Shown here piece by piece: positions 28,819 to 38,183 of a stretch of DNA of 64,000 bases (position 1 is its first letter; every line of letters begins with the position of its first letter). The notes below the pieces were generated by a model, which saw only the letters and a list, made by a program, of their open reading frames with translations, was not told the origin of the DNA and made no database searches. A program made the translations under genes and the position numbers. Origin of the DNA: Patescibacteria group bacterium (GTDB taxonomy: Bacteria; Patescibacteriota; Microgenomatia; UBA8517); contig JBGSJG010000004.1 of assembly GCA_041742135.1 (NCBI GenBank), forward strand, positions 299,773 to 363,772, in the 5' to 3' direction.

Positions 28819-29238
28819 ATGACAGAAAATGAATTTGAATTGACTAAAGATGTTGAACCCTCTCAAAGATTTTGTGAAATGCAAGAAACTAGGTATGCTC
28901 ACATTTTAACTTTAGATAATTTTGAGGCTTGTATCGAATTACTCGGTGACGTTGATTTGAATGAATACATAATAAATACATATCCATCTGTTATCGCATA
29001 TACGCGATACGATGAAACTAAGGTCATAGTTCAGCTAAGTAGCGTGGATAAGCCATTGGAATTTGGACATGTTTTTAGGCACAAGGGAATCGCGTATGTG
29101 GGAGGAAAGGTGGTTTATCCATCAGAAGAAGAGTTAGGTAGGACTGTTCTACGAGGTGATGCACAAGTTATCACGAGAGGTGGATTAAAAGTACCTTTTG
29201 ATATTTATGACACTATCGTAAATTTACAAGAAGAGTAA
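28819..29238 (+). CDS. hypothetical protein
   Basis: 139 aa ORF. An RBS-like 'acaggagga' lies upstream. Confidence 0.35.
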   Translation: MTENEFELTKDVEPSQRFCEMQETRYAHILTLDNFEACIELLGDVDLNEYIINTYPSVIAYTRYDETKVIVQLSSVDKPLEFGHVFRHKGIAYVGGKVVYPSEEELGRTVLRGDAQVITRGGLKVPFDIYDTIVNLQEE

Positions 29239-29239
29239 T

Positions 29240-29689
29240 TTATTCTCGGTCATCAAACTTCATAGTTTCTTGTGGGTCATGATTAAATAATTTGTGTGCA
29301 ATTCTCTTTACTTCGGCGATTAGGGTAGAATCGCCAATCGAACCTTTTTTGTGATTCAGAAAATGAGTGCTGAGTCTTCTAAGTTGTGGATTTACGGCAT
29401 TTGCAGCAGTTCTTGGGCCAGCAGGCTCTCCCGGGATGATAGTTGCTGTCCCAACTTCTTGGGTATCGCCAATATTGACCTCTCTCACTCTGCCGTCTTC
29501 GGGTAAGGTTGTTGGAGCGCCGTCGAATGTATTGGGGAATGCAGAATATTCAATTGGCACTGGAACATCTCCGATTGCTTGTCCGTTTCCCTCTGGCAGA
29601 GACGTGGGCTGTTCTGGTAAAGAATCTGGTTGGATTGGGGCTTCTGGTGTCATGCCTCGTATTTTGCCCCAAATCAAAATTAAAGTCAA
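29240..29689 (-). CDS. hypothetical Pro-rich protein
   Basis: 149 aa ORF. No motif. Confidence 0.3.
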   Translation of the reverse strand: MTLILIWGKIRGMTPEAPIQPDSLPEQPTSLPEGNGQAIGDVPVPIEYSAFPNTFDGAPTTLPEDGRVREVNIGDTQEVGTATIIPGEPAGPRTAANAVNPQLRRLSTHFLNHKKGSIGDSTLIAEVKRIAHKLFNHDPQETMKFDDRE

Positions 29690-29735
29690 AGATAATCTTC
29701 AAGGTTGCTAATTTTTTGCATGATATACTGCCATT

Positions 29736-30260
29736 ATGAGCTCTTTTCCCAAAGTCATTTTGTATATGGCAACCTCAATAAACGGCTTTATAACTCGCGG
29801 CAATGATGATTCTGAGTGGGTTTCGGAGACTGACTGGAAAGAATTTGATAAATTAAAACGCGAAAGCGGGATAATAGTGATGGGCTCGCGAACGTATCTT
29901 CAATTTCAAAATGATTTTCCTCAAGAAGGCGCATTTAATGTTGTGATGACTCATGACACCAAACTATTGAGCAAGAATGTTGAAGAAGCTTTGTTTACTA
30001 ATAAAACTCCTGAGGAAGTTGTCGAGATGGCGGGCGCAAAAGGTTTTAGCCAGATTATGCTGATCGGAGGCATGCATCTAAACACTTCGTTTTTAAAGGC
30101 TGGACTTATTGATGAAATTTGGCTAGACATTCACCCAATTATTATCGGTGAAGGCAAGAGGGTTTTTGAAAATATGGATATTTTTACCAATCTGAAAATG
30201 ATAGAATCGAGAGACTTGGGCGAGGGGCAGGTTTTGGTGAAGTATGCAATTAAAAAATAA
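29736..30260 (+). CDS. dihydrofolate reductase-like protein (RibD C-terminal domain family)
   Basis: 'ILYMATSINGFI...', 'IVMGSRTY' and 'MLIGGMHLNTSFLKAGLIDEIWLDIHPIIIG' match the DHFR-fold RibD_C family. Confidence 0.72.
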   Translation: MSSFPKVILYMATSINGFITRGNDDSEWVSETDWKEFDKLKRESGIIVMGSRTYLQFQNDFPQEGAFNVVMTHDTKLLSKNVEEALFTNKTPEEVVEMAGAKGFSQIMLIGGMHLNTSFLKAGLIDEIWLDIHPIIIGEGKRVFENMDIFTNLKMIESRDLGEGQVLVKYAIKK

Positions 30261-30996
30261 AACAGCACTAGTAACAGGAGTTTCCCGGGGGATAGGCAAT
30301 GCTATCGCCAAAAGGCTTTCTTCTGAGGGCTTTCGTGTCATTGGAACTTACAACAGCTCAAGTGATGAAGCGCATAAACTTAAAGAAGAATTTGGCTCCA
30401 TCGAGCTTTATCAAGTCGATTTTTCGGATCGCACGCAAACACTTTCTTTTCTTGAAAAGCTCAAGAATGAAAAACTAGACGCCCTTGTCAATAACGCTGG
30501 TATTATCGAATTTGAAAGTTTCGACAACTTGGAGTATGACGTTTGGGATAGGGTGTTTGAAGTAAATTTGAACACACCATTTATTTTGTCCCATGGACTT
30601 AGAAAGAACTTTAATAAAGGTGCAGTGATAGTAAACATAGCAAGCACCGATGGTATGACAGGGGCATTTGTAAGTATGAGTTATTCAGCCAGTAAAGCCG
30701 CACTTATTAATCTCACCAAAAGCTTAGGAAATGTTTTTGGTAGCCGGGGGGTTAGAGTTGTCGCTATTGCACCCGGGTGGGTAGGATCAGGAATGGATTC
30801 TCCGGCAATTGAGGAGGCTAGGCACAACACTCCACTTGGACGAAACGCAACGTCCGATGAAATTGCGAACATTGTTAATTTTGTTGTTTCATCGGAGGCA
30901 AGCTTTATAAATGGCCAGACCATTGTTGTTGATGGTGGTTATGTTAATGTTGACCCAATATTAAAAAAGGAAGCCGAAGCTAGCGAGCATAAGTAA
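30244..30996 (+). CDS. SDR family oxidoreductase (FabG-like)
   Basis: 'ALVTGVSRGIGNAIA' TGxxxGxG, 'NNAG' and the catalytic 'YSASKAA' (YxxxK). Confidence 0.85.
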   Translation: MQLKNKTALVTGVSRGIGNAIAKRLSSEGFRVIGTYNSSSDEAHKLKEEFGSIELYQVDFSDRTQTLSFLEKLKNEKLDALVNNAGIIEFESFDNLEYDVWDRVFEVNLNTPFILSHGLRKNFNKGAVIVNIASTDGMTGAFVSMSYSASKAALINLTKSLGNVFGSRGVRVVAIAPGWVGSGMDSPAIEEARHNTPLGRNATSDEIANIVNFVVSSEASFINGQTIVVDGGYVNVDPILKKEAEASEHK

Positions 30997-30999
30997 TTT

Positions 31000-31404
31000 A
31001 TGGAGGAAGGCACAAGAACTCAGACTTTTTACGATGACTTGAAGAATTCTGGAAGAAGCGACGAAGAAGTTGCGCAGGTCCGAAGTCGTTTGTCTGATAA
31101 AACCTCTGAGGAGGATAATTTTACCGGGTATTTTGTCCACGAGGCGCAAAACGCTTTTGGAATAATTCAGATGTATGGTGAGGCGGGTTTGGCGGTTGAG
31201 GAAGATGACTATGAAAGTTGTCGTACTCGGCTAATTCACGCTAAGCAAGGGCTTGATTGGTTTAAACACAACGGGCCGATATCGCAAGGTAAGATTGTTG
31301 AGTTTTTAGATGAGGTTGAAGGACTTGGCTCGTGGAACGCTGATGTTTTTTTGCGGGCTGAAGAAATGTACAAAAACTTAATGGAGCCATATGAGGAATT
31401 GTAA
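31000..31404 (+). CDS. hypothetical protein
   Basis: 134 aa acidic ORF. No motif. Confidence 0.3.
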   Translation: MEEGTRTQTFYDDLKNSGRSDEEVAQVRSRLSDKTSEEDNFTGYFVHEAQNAFGIIQMYGEAGLAVEEDDYESCRTRLIHAKQGLDWFKHNGPISQGKIVEFLDEVEGLGSWNADVFLRAEEMYKNLMEPYEEL

Positions 31405-31422
31405 AATAATTTATGAATAATT

Positions 31423-32424
31423 ATGAAATATAGAACTCTTGGTAAAACCAATTTAAAAATCTCAGAAGTTGGAATGGGGACTTGGCAGTTGGCCAATGAC
31501 CCTAATATGTGGGTTGGAGGCGACTTGGCCGAGAGCCTTCGAAGTATCTACGAGTATGTGGATCAGGGTGGGAATTTTATCGACTCGGCTTGGGTTTATG
31601 GTTACTCAGATGATTCGCCAGACAGGCATCCTTCGCACGAGTTAATTGGGAAATATTTAAAGGATTCAAAAAATCGCGACAAACTTGTTATTGCTTCCAA
31701 AGTTGCTCCAAAAAATTGGCACTGGCCAGCGCACCCAGAAGATAAACTTACAGACTGCTTTCCAGGTGCTCATATAGAAAAACAAGTCGAAGATTCGCTG
31801 AGAAGCCTAGGAGTCGACTATATAGATTTGATGCAGTTTCATGTTTGGAACGATGACTGGGCAGGCGACCCCAGTTGGCAAGAAACTGTAGCTAAAATCA
31901 TTAAATCTGGCAAAGTGAGATATTGGGGAATTTCAGCAAATGACTACCAGCCTGAGAACTGCCTTAAGGCGCTCGATACTGGTTTGATTTCTACTGTCCA
32001 GTTTATATTTAATATTTTTCATCAGAAGCCCGGAGAACAGCTGTTGCCTTACGCCGCCAAGAACAATATTGGATTAATTGCGCGAGTGCCGCTGGATGAG
32101 GGTGGATTGACCGGAAAATTTACGCTAGAAACTAAATTTGCAAAAGGGGATTTTAGGAATAATTTCTTTGGGGCAGGCCGCATGAAAGAACTAGCCAAAC
32201 GCACCGATGAACTGAAGAAGCTTTCAGGTTCAATTGGTACAACCATGACAGACATGGCTCTTAGGTGGATACTTTCCCATCCTGAAGTATCTACTGTGAT
32301 TCCTGGCATGAGGAAAGTACAATACGTAAGAGGAAATACAGCTGCAAGTGAGCACGGGCCACTCCCTGCCGATTTAATGATGAAGCTTAAAGAGCATTCC
32401 TGGGAGAGGAATTTTTATATTTAA
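31423..32424 (+). CDS. aldo/keto reductase
   Basis: 'LGKTNLKISEVGMGTWQL', 'IDSAWVYG' and 'IDLMQFH' match AKR family motifs. Confidence 0.85.
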   Translation: MKYRTLGKTNLKISEVGMGTWQLANDPNMWVGGDLAESLRSIYEYVDQGGNFIDSAWVYGYSDDSPDRHPSHELIGKYLKDSKNRDKLVIASKVAPKNWHWPAHPEDKLTDCFPGAHIEKQVEDSLRSLGVDYIDLMQFHVWNDDWAGDPSWQETVAKIIKSGKVRYWGISANDYQPENCLKALDTGLISTVQFIFNIFHQKPGEQLLPYAAKNNIGLIARVPLDEGGLTGKFTLETKFAKGDFRNNFFGAGRMKELAKRTDELKKLSGSIGTTMTDMALRWILSHPEVSTVIPGMRKVQYVRGNTAASEHGPLPADLMMKLKEHSWERNFYI

Positions 32425-32429
32425 ACATA

Positions 32430-32813
32430 ATGAAAACAATTTTAGTTGACGCGGTTGATGCATTTGTAATTGAGGGTCAAGGGATTTATAAGCCGATGCA
32501 TAAGCTTCTTGAAGAATACCAAAACAGAAAAATTATTCTTACCGGAGCAAACGATCAGCAATTTGTCGAGTTTGGGCTAGATAAGGTGCCCTATGAGGTG
32601 TTTACGCTAAAGCATAATCCTGAGAAAACTGACCCCGAGTACTACAAAACAATGCTTGCGCATTTTAACTTACACCCAAAAGATTTAGTCTATTTTGAAC
32701 ACAATCCAAAAGCTGTAGATAGCGCAAGATCTGTTGGCATTAATTCATATTTTTACGATTTTGATAAAAAAGACCTAGATGCGTTAAAGAAATTTCTTGA
32801 CGAGAATTTATGA
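32430..32813 (+). CDS. HAD-like hydrolase fragment-sized protein
   Basis: 'ILVDAVDAFV' (DxVD-like motif I) and a C-terminal 'FEHNPKAVDSARSVGI' motif III-like region. 127 aa. Confidence 0.45.
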   Translation: MKTILVDAVDAFVIEGQGIYKPMHKLLEEYQNRKIILTGANDQQFVEFGLDKVPYEVFTLKHNPEKTDPEYYKTMLAHFNLHPKDLVYFEHNPKAVDSARSVGINSYFYDFDKKDLDALKKFLDENL

Positions 32814-33283
32814 TAGACAAGGAAAAACTATTTGAATTCATTGACCGGGCTGGGAAGGCGACATATGCTGGTGGGGCAAAGCCTGAAGAAAATCCTCAGA
32901 GGCCGGGATTTTTTGAGATGGTTTACGATGAATCCCCTTATTCATATCGTGATAGCTACACTGGCCACTCACGCTCCGGTGGGCAAGAAATTGTAAGGCT
33001 TAACGGCAAGCCAATCTGGTGGTCTGGTTATGGTGGCGGAATGGTTGAAGGAAAAGAAGGCTTGGCATCTGAATGCTTTGAGTTTCTCAAAAAGGCACTT
33101 TCATGCGACGAAGAGGAGTTCGGATCTCTTCGTGGCCCGCACGAATTTGCAGATGGAGATTGGACTTATGTTTATCATCAAGACGGAGAGGTTACTGATT
33201 TTTATGGGCTTGAAGAAATATTTTATAAAGAGGAAAGAGTTTTCTGGCATAGGGCCGTCGGGGGAATTTTAAAACATGAGTAG
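32810..33283 (+). CDS. hypothetical protein
   Basis: 157 aa, Gly/Tyr-rich. No assignable motif. Confidence 0.35.
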   Translation: MIDKEKLFEFIDRAGKATYAGGAKPEENPQRPGFFEMVYDESPYSYRDSYTGHSRSGGQEIVRLNGKPIWWSGYGGGMVEGKEGLASECFEFLKKALSCDEEEFGSLRGPHEFADGDWTYVYHQDGEVTDFYGLEEIFYKEERVFWHRAVGGILKHE

Positions 33284-33866
33284 TAGAATTTTGCTTCTCG
33301 ATATCGATGGAATTTTGATACTACGCGATCGGTACTTTAGTGAAAAGTATGCTGAGGAAAATAACGTTCCGCTTGATAAAATAACTGCATTTTTTAGAGG
33401 GCCTTTCAAAGAAGCCTTAACAGGCAAAGCTGATCTTCTTGAGATATTGCCCGAGTATTTGGCCGAATGGGGATGGAAAGGCACCACGGATGAGTTTTTA
33501 AAACTTTGGTTTGAAAGTGAGTGCAACGTCGACAATCGTGTTCTTGGTTTAATTGATGAAATCAGACAAAATGGAGCAAAAGTCTATTTAGCTTCTGATA
33601 ATGAGGCTCGCCGCGCGGAGTATCTGATAAATAAAGTTGGCTTGGAAGGACACGTCGATGGCTCTTTTTTCTCAAGCAGCGTTGGCGTCTCTAAAAGCGA
33701 CAATGCTTTTTTCGAAAGGGTTTTGGCCGCGATTCACACAAAAGCCCCAGACGTGGAATTTTGGGATGATGATCCAGAAAATGTTGAGGTAGCCAAACGA
33801 ATCGGCATTAACGGAAATGTCTATAGAGATTTTGAAGAATTTAAATCTAAACTGTTAAACCAATAA
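33276..33866 (+). CDS. HAD family hydrolase
   Basis: Motif I 'LLLDIDGIL', motif II region and motif III/IV 'VEFWDDDPENV'. Confidence 0.65.
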   Translation: MSSRILLLDIDGILILRDRYFSEKYAEENNVPLDKITAFFRGPFKEALTGKADLLEILPEYLAEWGWKGTTDEFLKLWFESECNVDNRVLGLIDEIRQNGAKVYLASDNEARRAEYLINKVGLEGHVDGSFFSSSVGVSKSDNAFFERVLAAIHTKAPDVEFWDDDPENVEVAKRIGINGNVYRDFEEFKSKLLNQ

Positions 33867-34345
33867 TGTTTAAAAGTCGTGCACCAAAAAATTACAAATG
33901 TCCGATTTGTTTGGGAGTGGATGGAGTTGAAAATGAAGATACGCTTCTTAAGCAAGCAGATCTTGTTTATCGCGACAAAGCAGTAAGTGTTTTTATAAAT
34001 TCTTTTTGGATCCCGACTTGCGAGGGGCACGTAATTGTAGTTCCAAACGAACACCATGAAAACCTTTACGACCTCCCAAAGAAATTAAACAATCATATCT
34101 ACGAAATCGTGCAAAAAATGGCTATAGCCATGAAAAAGGCATACAAATGTGATGGCATTACAACCAGGCAAAACAATGAGCCAGCAGGGGATCAGCACGC
34201 TTTTCATTTTCATCACCATGTTTTTCCCCGTTACGACGGCGATTCCTTTAATTTGAACTTGACCAAAAAGAGTGTGCTTTCTGATACATCCAAAAGACTT
34301 AAATATGTGGCAAAATTAAGAAAGGAATTGGAAAGATTAAAATGA
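33866..34345 (+). CDS. HIT family protein
   Basis: Histidine triad 'HAFHFHHHVFP' and an N-terminal Zn-ribbon-like 'CPICLG'. Confidence 0.7.
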   Translation: MFKSRAPKNYKCPICLGVDGVENEDTLLKQADLVYRDKAVSVFINSFWIPTCEGHVIVVPNEHHENLYDLPKKLNNHIYEIVQKMAIAMKKAYKCDGITTRQNNEPAGDQHAFHFHHHVFPRYDGDSFNLNLTKKSVLSDTSKRLKYVAKLRKELERLK

Positions 34346-34560
34346 ACCATCCAAAACCTGGAAAATACAAACACTATAAAGGCAATTTTTATCGCGTGGT
34401 TGATGTAGTCAAGCATAGCGAGACTTTGGAAGAATTGGTGCTTTACGAAGCTTTATATGATAATCCCGAAAGCCGTCTTTGGGTGCGGCCCTTGGCTATG
34501 TTTATGGAAGATGTAGAAGTTGATGGCAAGAAAATTGCAAGATTTGAATTTGTTGAATAA
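34342..34560 (+). CDS. DUF1653 family protein
   Basis: 72 aa with 'GKYKHYKGNFYRV...LVLYEALY...LWVRPLAMF', the conserved DUF1653 pattern. Confidence 0.6.
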   Translation: MNHPKPGKYKHYKGNFYRVVDVVKHSETLEELVLYEALYDNPESRLWVRPLAMFMEDVEVDGKKIARFEFVE

Positions 34561-34568
34561 AATTTTAT

Positions 34569-35048
34569 ATGTCTGAAAGAGAAAATGTCTGGGATGAATT
34601 TTTAGGGACTCCAGCGCGAGAACAAGGGAGGTTTTCTTTTTACCTTGTACCGGCCGAGCGTGAGCTCGGGGAGGGATCGCAATACACTCAAGTTACTGTC
34701 TGTAATTACGAACGCTGGGAAGGTGACTTTGCGCCGATAGTGCCAGAAGGTCCGTCTGTTAGTCTAATTCAGTTGGCGGTAGTTCATACACCTTTCGATG
34801 ATTACTGGAATGATATGAGAGAGCTATTGGAAGCGGGCGGGAAGTCGTATGAAGCTGTGAAGGCGAATATGGCTGTCGAGGGGTTTGTCCGTGAAACCGC
34901 CATGGTAGCTGATGCATACGCCCCTTTTGAAAATATTGTTGTCGGGCCAGACGAAAACACCCTTTCTTTCATCGACGAAAAGGGAGAGCCGGTTATAATC
35001 CTTGACAGATCAACAGGTGCATTTGAAGTCGTAAAGGAGCAACCTTGA
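34569..35048 (+). CDS. hypothetical protein
   Basis: 159 aa ORF. No motif. Confidence 0.35.
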   Translation: MSERENVWDEFLGTPAREQGRFSFYLVPAERELGEGSQYTQVTVCNYERWEGDFAPIVPEGPSVSLIQLAVVHTPFDDYWNDMRELLEAGGKSYEAVKANMAVEGFVRETAMVADAYAPFENIVVGPDENTLSFIDEKGEPVIILDRSTGAFEVVKEQP

Positions 35049-35713
35049 AACTACTACTTACATCAGCTGGGCTTTCAAACGTCTATATTGCAAAAGCACT
35101 CAAGGATTTGATTGGCCCAGACAAACTGCACCGCATTCATCGCGTCGCATTTATTCCAACAGCGGCCAATGTCGAAGAAGGCGACAAAAGCTGGCTTATC
35201 AAGGATTTTGTAACCATCCAAGAATTTGGATACGAAGTTGATATTGTTGACATTTCTGCACTTCCCAAAGACGTCTGGCTACCAAGGCTTCAAGCGGCTA
35301 AAGTTTTATTTTTTGGAGGAGGCAATACTTTTCATCTGATGCATTGGATGAAAAAGTCGGGACTTACAGAGATTCTTCCCACGCTTCTTAAAACCCGTGT
35401 ATACGCCGGAATCAGCGCAGGCAGTTGTATCGCTGGACCAACAATTTTCAATTCGGTTCAAAACTTGTTTGGTGAAAAATACGACTTGAAGGAGAAACTT
35501 GGCTTAAACTTAGTGGATTTTCAGATAATCCCACACTTGGATTCGCCATACTTCAAAAATATTCGTGAAGAAAACTTGAAGGTCGCGGCTGAGCATATCG
35601 ACGAGCAGGTTTATGTTCTTGATGACAATTCAGCGATCAAAATAGACGGCCATAGAACTGTTGTCGTAGGGCAAGGAAAGCATCTGATAATTAATCCAAA
35701 TGAAAAAAATTGA
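35045..35713 (+). CDS. peptidase E-like (S51) / type 1 glutamine amidotransferase-like protein
   Basis: 'VLFFGGGNTFHLMHWMKKSGL' and the nucleophile 'AGISAGSCIAG' match Peptidase_S51. Confidence 0.72.
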   Translation: MKLLLTSAGLSNVYIAKALKDLIGPDKLHRIHRVAFIPTAANVEEGDKSWLIKDFVTIQEFGYEVDIVDISALPKDVWLPRLQAAKVLFFGGGNTFHLMHWMKKSGLTEILPTLLKTRVYAGISAGSCIAGPTIFNSVQNLFGEKYDLKEKLGLNLVDFQIIPHLDSPYFKNIREENLKVAAEHIDEQVYVLDDNSAIKIDGHRTVVVGQGKHLIINPNEKN

Positions 35714-35969
35714 GAAGAAAGTTTTGCCTAAGTATTTTAACGCACTAGCGAGTGGAAAGAAGAAGTATGAACTTCGTCTGGCAGACTGGGAGTGCGGTGA
35801 AGGAGATGTATTGATTCTTCGAGAATGGGATGGAGATAAAAAGGAATATACAGGTAGAGAATTAGAGAAAAAGGTGAGCTATGTAGCGCGGTTTAAAATT
35901 GAAGAACTCTTCTGGCCAAAAGAAGATATTGAGAAATTTGGAATCCAAATTATTTCACTAGCAGATTAA
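35700..35969 (+). CDS. DUF3850/ASCH-like small protein
   Basis: 89 aa with 'KKYELRLADWECGEGDVLILREWD', the ASCH/PUA-like DUF3850 pattern. Confidence 0.5.
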   Translation: MKKIEKKVLPKYFNALASGKKKYELRLADWECGEGDVLILREWDGDKKEYTGRELEKKVSYVARFKIEELFWPKEDIEKFGIQIISLAD

Positions 35970-36303
35970 TTCCTTGAAGCAAAAACCAGATTGAAATTCC
36001 AAAATAAAGGAGCCCGATCGCAAGCCCCACGCTTTGGCCTAGTTTGGTTTTATACTCATAGATAATGCTCGTGGGTTTAATTACCGCGAAACCTTTTGGT
36101 GTTACGTAGATATGGCATAAAGAAAAATAGACAAAGAAAATAAGAATAACAATGCCCCTGAGCGGGACCCATCCCGCAAAAGTCGCTTTTGGTACAAAGA
36201 GCGAAAGAATGAAGCTAATGATCAGGAATACGATTAAGATTAAAAGCCCACCCCCGGCGTATTTCCGATACAATTTGTTTATTTTTGTTATCTTGGAAGC
36301 CAT
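35950..36303 (-). CDS. hypothetical membrane protein
   Basis: 117 aa with 3 predicted TM helices. Confidence 0.4.
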   Translation of the reverse strand: MASKITKINKLYRKYAGGGLLILIVFLIISFILSLFVPKATFAGWVPLRGIVILIFFVYFSLCHIYVTPKGFAVIKPTSIIYEYKTKLGQSVGLAIGLLYFGISIWFLLQGINLLVK

Positions 36304-36529
36304 AATTTTATCGTAGCACCAGCCAAGCGCAATTTCATCTCTTACAGCTCTCTTTCGAGTTCTTCAACCCCGTCATAGTTTAAGGCTTCAATATATGAAT
36401 CACGATCGAATATTTAATTGTTTTACTGATGTTATCGATCTTTCTTAGTTATGTGGCTGGGCAAATCGATGTTTCATTTTTTGAGAGAGAAGCCAGAAAG
36501 TATATTAAACAAAAAAACGAAGAAGGGAG

Positions 36530-37183
36530 GTGATAATAATGAACAAAACAGTTTTAGGAATATTTGGCAGTCAAAATGAGGCTGAGTCAGTTATACATAG
36601 ACTGCAAGAAGAAGGGTATAGCCCAAAAAACATGTCAATCATCATGAAAGACGCCGAGGAAGCCCGTGAGATTGAAAATAATACAGGAGCGGATGTAGCT
36701 CGTGGAGCAGTGTCCGGAGGAACCACAGGAGCGGTTTTGGGCGGTATTTTGGGTCTTATTGCTAGTGCAGCTATCCCGGGGCTTGGAACAATATTCGTGG
36801 GTGGGCCACTCGCGGCATCCTTGGGATTGACCGGAGCGGCTGCAACAACTGCTTCAGGAGCAGTAACTGGTGCGTTGGCAGGTGGTCTTTTGGGAGCTTT
36901 GACTGGGCTTGGATTGTCCAATGATGAAGCCCGTGTGTATGAAGAGCACATCAAGCAGGGCGGGATCCTCTTGGCAGTACCTGTAGAAGAAGCCCTGGAA
37001 GCGCACGTAAGGCAGACTCTAGCATCTCATGGCGCATATGACGTAACAGCTGTTAGCTTTACAGCTGACCACGCAAAAAGAAGCCGTAAACACGCAAAGT
37101 TTACAGATGAAGATGTCGATTATTCTGCGCACTACGCTGGTGCTAAGGGAGGTAGGGCAAGGGGAACTCGCGACGATTACTAG
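36530..37183 (+). CDS. general stress protein (YflT/17M-like) with Gly-zipper membrane segment
   Basis: N-terminal 'VLGIFGSQNEAESVIHRLQEEGYSPKNMSIIMKD' (DUF1269/YflT-like) and a central GxxxG-rich hydrophobic region. A strong RBS 'gaagggaggtg' lies upstream. Confidence 0.55.
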   Translation: MIIMNKTVLGIFGSQNEAESVIHRLQEEGYSPKNMSIIMKDAEEAREIENNTGADVARGAVSGGTTGAVLGGILGLIASAAIPGLGTIFVGGPLAASLGLTGAAATTASGAVTGALAGGLLGALTGLGLSNDEARVYEEHIKQGGILLAVPVEEALEAHVRQTLASHGAYDVTAVSFTADHAKRSRKHAKFTDEDVDYSAHYAGAKGGRARGTRDDY

Positions 37184-37193
37184 TTTTTTTGTG

Positions 37194-37220
37194 GGCGGCC
37201 GCTTTCGGGCGGCTGCCCCG
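37194..37220 (+). terminator. GC-rich hairpin after stress-protein gene
   Basis: 'GGGCGGCCGC-tttc-GGGCGGCTGCCC' forms a ~9-bp stem with one G.U pair, 11 nt after the TAG stop. The T-run precedes rather than follows the stem, so this could be a terminator or an attenuator. Confidence 0.35.
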
Positions 37221-37268
37221 TAAGTGGACTTTGTTGCATGTGCCGGTAAGCGGTGCTATAAATAGTCA

Positions 37269-37811
37269 GTGAAAATAATTGGAATTCCGGGGAGTGTACG
37301 TTCAAATTCTTTTAACAGGGCGTTTTTGGAGTGGAGTGGAAAAGTGCTCTCTGAACACGGCGTCTCGATTGAAATAATCGATATATCACAGGTTCCCGTT
37401 GCCATTGGTGCGAGGGACGAGGTTCCTTCTGAAATTAGGGCGATAAAAGACTTGGTTAAAAAATCCGACGGAGTTTTGTTTTCAACCCCACAGTACAATT
37501 ACACTTTTCCCCGAGTCCTCAAAAACACAATTGACTGGATTGCTTTTCCTGATGATGACAACTCACTTGCTGGTAAAAAGGCATACATTATGGGCGTGTC
37601 GATGGATTCTACAGGAGTAATAAAAGCCGAAGAAAAGCTAAAAGCTTATCTTGTGTCATTGGGAATGCAGGTTTTTGATGGCAAGCCGGTTACAATTGAT
37701 CGTGCTGTTGAAAGTAATGTGTTCGATCAAAGCGGTGGCCTTATTGACAAGGGAGTGGAGGCAGAGTCGAAAAAAGTGCTCGGTGAATTTGCCGCTTGGC
37801 TAAAAGCGTAG
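37269..37811 (+). CDS. NADPH-dependent FMN reductase (flavodoxin-like fold)
   Basis: 'KIIGIPGSVRSNSFNRAF' and 'VLFSTPQYNYTFPRVLKNTIDW' match the NADPH-dependent FMN reductase family. Confidence 0.8.
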   Translation: MKIIGIPGSVRSNSFNRAFLEWSGKVLSEHGVSIEIIDISQVPVAIGARDEVPSEIRAIKDLVKKSDGVLFSTPQYNYTFPRVLKNTIDWIAFPDDDNSLAGKKAYIMGVSMDSTGVIKAEEKLKAYLVSLGMQVFDGKPVTIDRAVESNVFDQSGGLIDKGVEAESKKVLGEFAAWLKA

Positions 37812-38183
37812 CTTCTTTACTTCAATATATATTTTTAGCGTATAATTGTTGTACTTATAACAAGATGTCAGGCTCAAACTTAGCAGTCGGAACTCACAGG
37901 ACGGGACTAAACCTCCAGGCTCAGACTATCAGTTAGAGCCAGAACCAACATTTTCTGAAGGGAAAGTAATCCCATTTCAGTTTACAGTGATGATGCCTCC
38001 ACCGAGGTATTATCCGATGATTTTGGAGAGGGATGAGAAGGGGAGGATAGTAAACTCCAAGTTTCCTGAAATGCAGTTTTAATAAAAAAAGATTGATTTT
38101 TCGAGGTAAATGATTGTTTTATATGTTGCCTTTTGATACACTACAAGCATATTTTACAAAAGACACTGCCTTAAAATTATGAA

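Noticed and set aside
36530-37183. Antisense 127-aa ORF (36571..36954) with Pro/Ala-rich translation
   Set aside because: It is the reverse-strand shadow of the Gly/Ala-rich segment of the YflT-like gene.
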